Source: an uncultured candidatus Brocadiaceae bacterium (GTDB lineage Bacteria > Planctomycetota > Brocadiia > SM23-32). Taken from it: DNA of 64,000 bases. Location of the stretch: the NCBI GenBank assembly GCA_964421565.1, contig CAYQXJ010000002.1:193793-257792 (forward strand), written 5' to 3'. Both the position numbers and the translations under genes were made by a program. The notes beneath the pieces are model-generated. The model saw only the letters and a list, made by a program, of their open reading frames with translations. It did not search any database and was not told the DNA's origin. The number at the start of each line of letters is the position of its first letter. The stretch's first letter is position 1. Below, in pieces: positions 8,861 through 17,038 of the stretch.

Positions 8861-9811
8861 ATGAACGCAGAACGCGACCCTGGCGGACAGCCTGTCTGTT
8901 GGGCTCTGATCGGCCCGACCGCGAGTGGCAAGAGCGCCGTTGCCATGGCACTGGCGCAGGGGCAGCCGGTCGAGATCCTCTCGGTCGACAGCATGCAGGT
9001 CTACCGCGGCATGGACATCGGCACGGCGAAGCCCTCTGCCGAGGAGCGTCGTCGCGTGCGGCACCACATGATCGACGTGCTGGACCCTTCCGAGAGCTGT
9101 AACGTGGGGCGCTTCTGCGCGATGGCGGAGCAGGCGATCGCTGAGATCCACGCCCGCGGCAACAGGCCGTTACTGGTCGGGGGGACGGCCCTCTACTTCA
9201 AGGGGCTGCTGTGGGGTCTGGCCGATGCGCCGAGCCGTGACCCCGAGCTGCGCCGACGGCTGAGGGCCGAGCTGCGGGAAGTAGGCAAGGAGCGAATGCA
9301 CGCGCGTCTGGAGCGGCTCGATCCGGAGGCGGCGGCACGGATTCATCCCAATGATGTACAACGGCTTGTGCGCGCGCTGGAGGTCTGTGAGCTTACCGGC
9401 GAAGCCTTCTCGGCCGGGCAGGGGCAGTTCGACTCGGCGCCGATCCGCCCCCACCGGATGGTGGGGCTGCGCATGGAGCGATCGGCCCTCTACCGCCGGA
9501 TAGACCGGCGCGTGGACAGTATGATGGAGGCCGGCCTGCTGGAGGAGTTGAAGGCCCTGCGCGGGCAACTCGGCCCTCAGAGCCGCCAAGCGCTGGGATA
9601 CAAAGAGCTTATGCAGCATCTGGACGGCGAGGTCTCGCTCGCTGAGGCGGTGGACAGGATCAAGCGCAACACGCGGCGGTTTGCCAAGCACCAGTTGACG
9701 TGGTTCCGTCACTTCCCTCAGGTGGACTGGGTGCAGAGGGCGGGCGGGCAGGACGTGGTGGAGACGGCGCGCCGGTGCGAAGAGCGGCTGATGCGGCTTG
9801 ACACCTTGTAG
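8861..9811 (+). CDS. miaA: tRNA dimethylallyltransferase MiaA
   Basis: LIGPTASGKSAVAMALA...EILSVDSMQVYRGMDIGTAKP. This is the P-loop and the classic MiaA motif. The chosen start is the MNAERD Met; the listed ORF extends upstream through the divergent promoter region. Confidence 0.85.
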   Translation: MNAERDPGGQPVCWALIGPTASGKSAVAMALAQGQPVEILSVDSMQVYRGMDIGTAKPSAEERRRVRHHMIDVLDPSESCNVGRFCAMAEQAIAEIHARGNRPLLVGGTALYFKGLLWGLADAPSRDPELRRRLRAELREVGKERMHARLERLDPEAAARIHPNDVQRLVRALEVCELTGEAFSAGQGQFDSAPIRPHRMVGLRMERSALYRRIDRRVDSMMEAGLLEELKALRGQLGPQSRQALGYKELMQHLDGEVSLAEAVDRIKRNTRRFAKHQLTWFRHFPQVDWVQRAGGQDVVETARRCEERLMRLDTL

Positions 9812-9861
9812 GGCAGTCGCTATCATAGCGCCGGCGCAGGGATTAAGGAGGCATTCAATCC

Positions 9862-11601
9862 ATGGCGAAGACAGTCTGGGGACTGGATTTCGGCAACTGG
9901 AGCCTGAAGGTCGTGAGGGCGGCCTGTGACCGCAAGAGTGAAACCATCACGGTGGACCTCTACGATGAGTTCGTATACGGCGAACTGCCCTGCGGCTACG
10001 AAGCCGGCCCGGTGGAGAAGCATCGCGAGAGCGTCATCGCCTTCCAGAACAAGTACAGCATCGAAAGCGGCGAGGACCTGTGCGTCTCGGTAACCGGCAA
10101 CGAGGTCTTCAGCCGGTTCATCAACCTGCCTCCGGTGCCTGAGAACCTGGACCAGATCATCCGCTACGAGGCCCGCCAGCAGATCCCCTTCGACGTGAAC
10201 GACGTCGTCTGGGACTACCAGCCCGTCAAGGAGGAGCACGAGCTGGGGGAGGAGATTGAGGTCGGCCTGTTCGCCCTGAAGAAGGAGACGGTCAGCGAAC
10301 TGGTGGACCTGCTGGAGCCCTGGCGCGCGAACCTGCGCGTGGTGCAGAACGCGCCCCTCGCCGTCTATAACTTCCTGCATTACGAGGGCATGGCGGACTC
10401 CCCCCTCGTCGTGCTGGACATCGGCGCGGCCGCCACGGACGTGGTAGTGCTGAACCCCCCGCGTTTCTGGATGCGCAGCCTGCTGGTGGCCGGCAACGAT
10501 CTGACCAGCGCCCTGGTGGAGCGGCTCGGCGTCAGTGTCGAGGAGGCCGAGAAGATCAAGCAGCGCGTCGGCCGCAGCGCACACCGGGAGCAGATTCTGC
10601 GCACCCTCCAGCCGGTCTTCGACGACATTACCAACGAGGTGCAGCGCTCCCTCGGCTACTACAAGAGCCTGGCGCGCGACGTGCGCTTTGAGCGCATCAT
10701 GGTGCTGGGCAACGCCGTGCGACTGAAGGGCATGGAGCAGGCTCTCGGCGCGGGACTGCAGTACGAAGTGGTCACCATGCCTGCGCCCAAGAGGCTCCAG
10801 GTGGCCCCCAGCGTGGAGCGCGAGCGTTTCGAAGCGGCGCTGCCAGGCGCGTGCGCCGCCCTCGGGCTGATCGTGCAGGGCGCGCAGTTGGGCAGGATCG
10901 AGATCAACATGGTGCCGGAGGAGATCGCCTTCGCCGGTGCCATGGCGAAAAAGCGCGGCTGGCTTCTGAGCGCCGCCGCCGGACTGCTGGTCGCCGTGCT
11001 GCTGCTTGTCGGCGGGGAAAGGCTCTACGCGGGCGACATCCAGCGAGTCGAACAAAACGCACCCTGGGGCGTGGTGGATCAGGTAAAGCGGTTGGAAGAG
11101 GATTTCACGGCCGAGATGCAGAAAACCCGAGAACTAAGGACGCAGATCCAGCAGCTCATCGCGGGCGGCGTGGACTCGGGCATCTACCTGGACCTGTTGG
11201 CCGTTCTGAGCCAGACGCTGCCGAGCGATGTCTATCTGACTTCGCTGAGTATCAATTGGGGGCCGGAGCCCACCCCCGGCGGGCGCAGCCCGGTCGGCGG
11301 CGGCGATAAGCTCATTGTACGGTTCGGGGCCGAGTCGCACCGCATACGGGGCGGCAAGGAATACATAGAGGGCGTGCTGGAAAGCTTGCGAGAGGCCACG
11401 TATCCCGGCACCGACAGGCAGGTCTTCTCGAAGGTCCAGATGATCGGCGAACGGCGGGACATCTGGCGCAATGCGGCAACGGGCGCGGAGACCCAGCCGC
11501 CGGTAGGCGGCGCCCTGCAGGGCACCGGCGAGGTGCTGCGGTTCAACGCCTTCGAGGCGTACGCCGTTGTGAACACAAGCGGGCAGTCCACACAGCCGTA
11601 G
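9862..11601 (+). CDS. PilM-PilN fusion: actin-like ATPase fold, then a TM helix, then a PilN-like periplasmic domain. Architecture is GspL-like.
   Basis: N-terminal VWGLDFGNWSLKVV and IIRYEARQQIPFDVNDVVWDYQ fit PilM. VVLDIGAAATDVVVL is the second phosphate motif. A TM helix WLLSAAAGLLVAVLLLVGG lies at about aa 355-375, followed by a coiled-coil and PilN-like region. The upstream RBS is AGGAGG. Confidence 0.7.
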   Translation: MAKTVWGLDFGNWSLKVVRAACDRKSETITVDLYDEFVYGELPCGYEAGPVEKHRESVIAFQNKYSIESGEDLCVSVTGNEVFSRFINLPPVPENLDQIIRYEARQQIPFDVNDVVWDYQPVKEEHELGEEIEVGLFALKKETVSELVDLLEPWRANLRVVQNAPLAVYNFLHYEGMADSPLVVLDIGAAATDVVVLNPPRFWMRSLLVAGNDLTSALVERLGVSVEEAEKIKQRVGRSAHREQILRTLQPVFDDITNEVQRSLGYYKSLARDVRFERIMVLGNAVRLKGMEQALGAGLQYEVVTMPAPKRLQVAPSVERERFEAALPGACAALGLIVQGAQLGRIEINMVPEEIAFAGAMAKKRGWLLSAAAGLLVAVLLLVGGERLYAGDIQRVEQNAPWGVVDQVKRLEEDFTAEMQKTRELRTQIQQLIAGGVDSGIYLDLLAVLSQTLPSDVYLTSLSINWGPEPTPGGRSPVGGGDKLIVRFGAESHRIRGGKEYIEGVLESLREATYPGTDRQVFSKVQMIGERRDIWRNAATGAETQPPVGGALQGTGEVLRFNAFEAYAVVNTSGQSTQP

Positions 11602-11671
11602 GCGCAGATCGCCGCGGCCGCCCCTTCGGCTGAGCGCGCGGGGGCTGGGCCGAGGCCGGAGGTCGAAAACT

Positions 11672-12811
11672 ATGGGACGAATAATCGACGCGGTGAAGTT
11701 GAACAAGTTCTGGGTGGCCGTAGCACTGCTTGTTGTGGTCTCGGGGGTGACCTTCGCTGCGGTCTTCATCCCTCTGCGTAAGAAGAATGCGCAGGAAGCC
11801 GCCGAGCTGGAACAGCAGGTGGGAGCCCTGTCAGAATACGAAACCAAGCAGTTGAGAAACCAGCAGGCTATCGAGCGGGCGAAAGAGATACAGCAGTTCT
11901 ACCACCAGCAGCTTCAGAGGGTTCGCGCCCACCTGGAAAACCAGGATGCGGCCATTGAGCAGTACTTCGAAGAACCGGGACGGGAGGGGGCGGGCCCCCT
12001 GGACGGCAGCGTGTGGAAGATGGTCTATGCCGATAGGATGGACGCGCTGCAGCAGGAACTGGAGGAAGGCTTCCTGGTGGTGGGTTCGAACCCGATAGTG
12101 CGTCGGGAATACGTGACCGCCATTCCGAACCGGGAGGAAATGCGCCAGCAGGAGAAGCTCTACTGGGTGCAGAAGTATGCCGTGGATGCCATCTCGTCCG
12201 TCAACGAGGCCGCTGACCAGCAGGCCGTGCCCGTCTTTCAGGGCTTCGCCTTCCTTGAACAGCCCGAACACCTGCTGAACCCCAGCCATTCGCGCGAGTT
12301 TCAGCCGCTGGCCTTCGAGCTGTCCGTCTCGTTGCAGTTCAAGTACCTGCCGCGGGTGCTGAGCAACCTGCTGGCAAGCCCGGCCAACTTCCAGATAACG
12401 GGCGTGCACATCAACCGCCCCCAGGTCTTGGACCGCCAGGCCGACCGGCGCGGCAGCTCACTGGTGGGTGGTCGCACCGCGAGGGCGGCGCGCACGCCGA
12501 CAACCCGGCAGCCGAGCAGGCCGTCCACGGGCCCCGGCATGGGCGGTGATATGGATGATCTGCCACCGGCAGCCCAGGATATGATGAAGATGCTCGAACA
12601 GATGGGGATCGGCCCCGGGACGGGCGCCGGACCCGGCGCAGGTATGCCCACGCCGACTCAGCCGACTCAGCGCCCCGGCCGACCCAGCCCTACTCGCAGG
12701 CCGGCACAGATAGAGGACGAGGTAAGGGCCAGGCTGCCCAAGAACCTCGTGGACGTCGTCATCAGGGGCTATGTTGCAGATTACGTCGGTGCGGACAAAG
12801 AGGCGGGCTAA
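11672..12811 (+). CDS. PilO/GspM-like bitopic inner-membrane assembly protein with a C-terminal Pro/Thr/Arg/Gly-rich low-complexity tail
   Basis: N-terminal TM (FWVAVALLVVVSGVTFAAVFI), then a long coiled-coil, then a ~120-aa globular part. It immediately follows the PilM-N gene. The tail contains TTRQPSRPSTGPGMGG...MMKMLEQMGIGPG. Confidence 0.5.
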   Translation: MGRIIDAVKLNKFWVAVALLVVVSGVTFAAVFIPLRKKNAQEAAELEQQVGALSEYETKQLRNQQAIERAKEIQQFYHQQLQRVRAHLENQDAAIEQYFEEPGREGAGPLDGSVWKMVYADRMDALQQELEEGFLVVGSNPIVRREYVTAIPNREEMRQQEKLYWVQKYAVDAISSVNEAADQQAVPVFQGFAFLEQPEHLLNPSHSREFQPLAFELSVSLQFKYLPRVLSNLLASPANFQITGVHINRPQVLDRQADRRGSSLVGGRTARAARTPTTRQPSRPSTGPGMGGDMDDLPPAAQDMMKMLEQMGIGPGTGAGPGAGMPTPTQPTQRPGRPSPTRRPAQIEDEVRARLPKNLVDVVIRGYVADYVGADKEAG

Positions 12812-12866
12812 GGCGAAGTAGAACCTACATGCTACGAAGCAACTGACCCAGGCAGGAGAATCAGGG

Positions 12867-14312
12867 ATGCCTTTTGCGAAACGAGGCTTTCTGTTCAACT
12901 ACTTCGACAAGGCCGTCTGCGTGCTCGTGGGCCTGGTGCTGCTGGCGGGCGTCTATTACACCGTACGCAGGGCCGGCGGCCTGCCGCAGCGGCTCTCGCT
13001 GCAAAGCATCCAGCAGAAGGTGGACCGGATAAGGGGCCGCCTCGGCAGCGCCGAGGTGCCGGGTGCTCCCACAGCCGTCTCCATACCGGGAGAGGGCGAG
13101 GACGTCGAACCCGAACCCGTGCGCTCACATGTGTTCATATGGCCTCTGCCGGTTGAGTACCCCAAGATTAAGATCGGCACCGCGAAGGACTACGTGCTGG
13201 AGTTCGAAGCCCCGATCGGCGAAGGCACCGTGACCGTGCAGGGCAACGAAGCATTGCTGGACGTAGTGGCCCACCCCGTAGAGGGCGACTACTCCAAAGT
13301 GCAGATCCGCACCCGGGCGTGGGAAGGCGAAGCGGCAGTTGTCGGCAAATCGGGCGAGGTGGCCCATATCTATAGGGTCGAGGTGGACAGCCAACTGGAC
13401 AAGATCGCCTACCCGCCGCTCAGCGTCGAAGCGACACCACAGGGCGCCGGCAGCATACGGGTCGCTTTCGAGTCGGATCCCAGAATTGACACCGAACAGG
13501 TCGAAGTTGCGTCGTACGAAATCTGGCGCCGTGACTGGAGCGACCCCACGACGGGCTATGCCTTTGTCGGAGACGTCGGCCTGGGGCAGACGGGCACGCG
13601 CCCGACTACCCGCCAGCCGAGGACGGAGCCGGCCCCTGGCGATCTCACTCCCGAAGGAATGCCCGAGGGAATCCCCGAGGACGCGCTGCGGATAATGCGT
13701 GAGATGGGGATGGGAGGGCCGGGAATGCCCGGCACCCGCGGCACCACGACCCGGCGGCAGCGCACCACCCGCCCGACCACGACCAGGCAACCCGAAACCC
13801 AAGCGGGGCGGCTCTGGTGGGAGGATATCCAGGCACAGCCCGGCAACCGTTACAGCTATAAGGCCCGCACCGTCGCCACTAACGCCTTCCCCAGTCGGGG
13901 CGAGTTCACGGCCCCGACCGAACCCGTGCTCGCCGTGGGGAGCGTTGACTTCCGCTTCACCCTCGCTGCCAGAGGGCGCGTGCGGTTCGAAGTGGTCAAT
14001 TACTCCCCCCAGACCCGTCAGGTGAACAAGAAGACCTACTGGGTTGAGGTAGGGGAAGAGATCGGCGGCGTGGAGACCGACGCCAGAACGGGCGAGTCGA
14101 TCAACTATCTGACCGGCGCCACTCTGGTGGGATACCAGCAGGGCGTGCCCCGGCCGGGCACGAGAATGCTCTCCGACAGGATCATCTACTCCGACGCCGA
14201 GGGCAACCTGCGTGTGCTGTGGCGGGGCGAGACGCGCGCCGAGCCGCTCTGGGAGCGAGCCGTCTCCGCCGCCGAAGACAACGCTTCCCTGTTGATCGCG
14301 AGCTACCGTTGA
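12867..14312 (+). CDS. Hypothetical membrane-anchored periplasmic protein of the pilus/secretion cluster
   Basis: N-terminal signal-anchor (AVCVLVGLVLLAGVYY). A beta-rich body. An internal TTRQP / MREMGMGGPG low-complexity module resembles the upstream gene's tail. Coding-like codon usage. No family recognised. Confidence 0.5.
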   Translation: MPFAKRGFLFNYFDKAVCVLVGLVLLAGVYYTVRRAGGLPQRLSLQSIQQKVDRIRGRLGSAEVPGAPTAVSIPGEGEDVEPEPVRSHVFIWPLPVEYPKIKIGTAKDYVLEFEAPIGEGTVTVQGNEALLDVVAHPVEGDYSKVQIRTRAWEGEAAVVGKSGEVAHIYRVEVDSQLDKIAYPPLSVEATPQGAGSIRVAFESDPRIDTEQVEVASYEIWRRDWSDPTTGYAFVGDVGLGQTGTRPTTRQPRTEPAPGDLTPEGMPEGIPEDALRIMREMGMGGPGMPGTRGTTTRRQRTTRPTTTRQPETQAGRLWWEDIQAQPGNRYSYKARTVATNAFPSRGEFTAPTEPVLAVGSVDFRFTLAARGRVRFEVVNYSPQTRQVNKKTYWVEVGEEIGGVETDARTGESINYLTGATLVGYQQGVPRPGTRMLSDRIIYSDAEGNLRVLWRGETRAEPLWERAVSAAEDNASLLIASYR

Positions 14313-14328
14313 CGGCCTCGGGCCATCG

Positions 14329-14390
14329 GCGCCCGGAAACGGGCGCGCGGCGTCTTCCGCTTGACACTGCTGCCGCTTCGGCAATAAGCT
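14329..14390 (+). promoter_or_regulatory. Hairpin (gcgcccg-GAAA-cgggcgc, 14329-14346) followed by a sigma70-like promoter: TTGACA (14361-14366), 17-18 nt spacer, TAAGCT.
   Basis: Perfect 7-bp stem with a GAAA tetraloop just after the stop at 14312. A -35 consensus hexamer with a plausible -10 sits about 80 nt upstream of the lipoprotein ATG. Confidence 0.4.
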
Positions 14391-14469
14391 CTGGGCTGCC
14401 GGCGACCTGGCCAAAGAACCGCTGCCGGCTGTTGCGCGGCCACTAAAGTCAACTGTTTGAGGGACTGTC

Positions 14470-16839
14470 ATGGAGCAAATCAAGAACCTTACTCTGTTGC
14501 TGCTGATGGCCTTGCTCGTGGGTGTTGGCTTCTCGGTGGGCTGCGCGGCCGGGCCGGAGGCCCCCCCGGCGCCCGTGATGGATGCGGCGGACGCCATGCG
14601 CCAGGCGGAACTCGCCTTCCAGGAAGAGGACTACGCGCGAGCGCGCGCCCTCTACCAGGCCCTCGAGGAGAACGCCGACGAACTGAGCAATGAACAGCTC
14701 GAGCTGGTGACCACCCAACTGGCACGTCTCGACAGCATCGATCACGAGGCCCGCATCGCCCCCGAGGGCGCCGAGATGGCGCAAGCGGAAATGGCGGAGC
14801 ACCCAGCACCTGAAGCACCCGCGGAAGAGGCGGCTCCGGCTGCGGAGGAAGAAGCCGCCGAGGCGCCCGCTGAACCCGCGGAACCCGAGGTCGACGTGGC
14901 GGAGCAGGCCGAACGCATGGTCGCCGAAGCCGAACGGCTCATCGAAGCACAGACGCAGGCCCGCGCGCTGGCCGAAAGGGCGGCTCTCGCCCTGGAGCAA
15001 CAGGACTTCGAGCGCGCCCAGGCACTCTATACTCAGACACTCGAGCGACTGAATGAGCCCGACCTGGCCGCAGTGCCGAGCATGGTCGCGCTGGCCGCCC
15101 ACGTGCAGGAGCAATTGGGCCTTCTGGAGCAACGATTCGCCGAGCAGGAACGCTTGGCTCGTGTTCAGAGCGAACTGCAGCAGATGGTTGCGGAGGCGGC
15201 CCGGCTCGCCGAGTCCGACTTGCTGGCCGCCGAAGTGCAGGCCCTGCGCGCGCAGCAGTACGCACAGCGGCAGGGAGTGCCCCCCACGCCCGAGCAGCAG
15301 CAGACTCTGCGCGGCGTGATGCGGGCCGTCGAGGCCGAATATGGCGCCATCCGCGAGGCGCGCCAGGACCTCTACGTCTGGGCCAGGGCCTTCGTCGACC
15401 AGTACCAGTCGGCCGGCGAATACGGCAAGGCCGCCCAGCTCTACGCCCTGCTGGAGAGCGCCCCCCCCGACATGGTGCAGGACTCCGTGAAACAGTGGGC
15501 CAGCGATAAATACCTGACGCTGAAGCAGGCCGCCGAAGAACAGGTGCGGCAGGCCCGACAGCTCGCCGAGGTGTTCGCCGACGCCCGCCAGGCCGTTGCC
15601 AAGAACCTGCAGCACGGGCTGGCCACGAGGCAGGAGATCATACGCGCGGCCAATGAGGCCGACCTGAGCACCGACCAGGCTGCGGCCATCTTCCTGGAAG
15701 CCGACCTGGACTTCTTGACAACGGCCGTGCCGGAAGCACTGGCCGCGGCCGAAGAGCAAGTCACCGCCATGATAGGCGAGATGTTGCCGAGGGCAGTTGA
15801 CAGGGCGCGCGCGGCCGTGACGACGCCGCCACCGCTCGACCTGGAGCGGGAAAGCGAGCAACTGTTTGAGCTGGCGAAGCGCCTGCATGAGCTGGCCGCC
15901 GAGGGTGACCTGCAGGAAGCTGCAGAGGTCCGTCGGCAGATTGATGATCTGAAGGTGCAGATGGCCGCCAGGCAGGCGAGCCGTGCGCTGGCAGCCGGCG
16001 AGTACGCGGAAGCGCGGGAGTTGCTGGCGCAGGCGCCGGCGGATGCGGCTTCTGCGCGAGCACGGGAGACGATTCTGGAGCCGGCTCGGGCGAGGCTGGA
16101 GACGGTGGCGGCTGCCGAAGCCGCGCTGGACGCCGCTCAACTTGCCCTGGCGTCGCACCAGATGCAGCAGGCCGCAGAGCATCTGAATCAGGTGGACGAT
16201 GTCGGCTCGCTGCCCGCTGCCGTGCAGGCGCGGGTGAAGGCGCTCTCCGGTGTGCTGGAGTCCGTGCGCGAGGCCCGCGCCGCCGTGGAGGCGCTGCGCG
16301 CGGAGAACCAGCGAGCCATCGAGCAGGCGCACCGGCAACTGGAGCAAGTGCGACGGCGCATGGCGTCGTGGGATGCCTACCACGCCGCGCTGCAGGAGAC
16401 ACTTCAAACCGAACCGGAGCAGGCGCTGGAGGCGCTGGGGAACGCAATGTCCCACGGCGAGGGCCTGATGCCGTTTGAGAAGGAGAACCTCAACGCCCTT
16501 GCCTCCGTCCTCAGCGAGGCGGACGAGAAGGCGCTTGCCATGGCGCAGGACATGCTGCGCGAGGCGGCAGATCTGTTCGCCCGCAGGGACTACGTGGGCG
16601 CCGCCCGGGTTCTGGCAGAAGTTGAGAAGACCGGAGCGTACAAGACGAGCGCCGAGGTGCGCGAGCGCGCGCAATCACTGGCGCAGCAGATAGAGCAGAA
16701 AGAACATGAGGCCCGTCGGCTCTATGCGCAGGCCGTCGATGCGTACGAAGCCGGTAACCCTGAGCGCGTGCGCGAACTGATGCTGGAGCTGAAAGCCGGC
16801 TACAAGCAGACTCAGGCCTACATGAGCGCCAGCAAATAG
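14470..16839 (+). CDS. Large Ala/Glu-rich alpha-helical (TPR/coiled-coil-like) lipoprotein; candidate secretin-associated pilotin-like factor
   Basis: Signal peptide LLLLMALLVGVGFSVGC with a lipobox Cys, then about 760 aa of AE/AR-rich helical repeats. It lies immediately upstream of the secretin. Confidence 0.5.
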   Translation: MEQIKNLTLLLLMALLVGVGFSVGCAAGPEAPPAPVMDAADAMRQAELAFQEEDYARARALYQALEENADELSNEQLELVTTQLARLDSIDHEARIAPEGAEMAQAEMAEHPAPEAPAEEAAPAAEEEAAEAPAEPAEPEVDVAEQAERMVAEAERLIEAQTQARALAERAALALEQQDFERAQALYTQTLERLNEPDLAAVPSMVALAAHVQEQLGLLEQRFAEQERLARVQSELQQMVAEAARLAESDLLAAEVQALRAQQYAQRQGVPPTPEQQQTLRGVMRAVEAEYGAIREARQDLYVWARAFVDQYQSAGEYGKAAQLYALLESAPPDMVQDSVKQWASDKYLTLKQAAEEQVRQARQLAEVFADARQAVAKNLQHGLATRQEIIRAANEADLSTDQAAAIFLEADLDFLTTAVPEALAAAEEQVTAMIGEMLPRAVDRARAAVTTPPPLDLERESEQLFELAKRLHELAAEGDLQEAAEVRRQIDDLKVQMAARQASRALAAGEYAEARELLAQAPADAASARARETILEPARARLETVAAAEAALDAAQLALASHQMQQAAEHLNQVDDVGSLPAAVQARVKALSGVLESVREARAAVEALRAENQRAIEQAHRQLEQVRRRMASWDAYHAALQETLQTEPEQALEALGNAMSHGEGLMPFEKENLNALASVLSEADEKALAMAQDMLREAADLFARRDYVGAARVLAEVEKTGAYKTSAEVRERAQSLAQQIEQKEHEARRLYAQAVDAYEAGNPERVRELMLELKAGYKQTQAYMSASK

Positions 16840-17038
16840 CCGGGCGCGCCGGACGCGATGGGCCGGATGAGTTAGCGCATCGCCGAGACAGTGGGTTTTG
16901 CTTGACAACCGGTCGCCTTTGGTACGTAATACTGACCATCCGAGCCAGAGCAGCGGCAGATACAGGGAGGATAACCACTCGATGGAGCAGGCAAAGAGCC
17001 GCGCCACCACGTCCGCACATGATATCCGGAGGCCGAAG

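Noticed and set aside
12072-12090. tRNA T-arm-like sequence GGTTCGAACCC
   Set aside because: It lies in-frame inside the PilO-like CDS, coding VVGSNPIV. It has no acceptor or anticodon stems around it. Coincidental.
14449-16674. 741-aa minus-strand ORF antisense to the lipoprotein gene. Similar long antisense ORFs are at 3283-4800(+), 9823-11055(-), 13125-14597(-), 16511-18238(-), 41316-42749(-), 42643-45381(-), 49637-51424(-) and 52079-53776(-).
   Set aside because: All are Arg/Gly/Pro/Ala/His-rich with no recognisable domains. They lie opposite well-supported genes. This is the expected shadow-ORF pattern in about 67% GC DNA.
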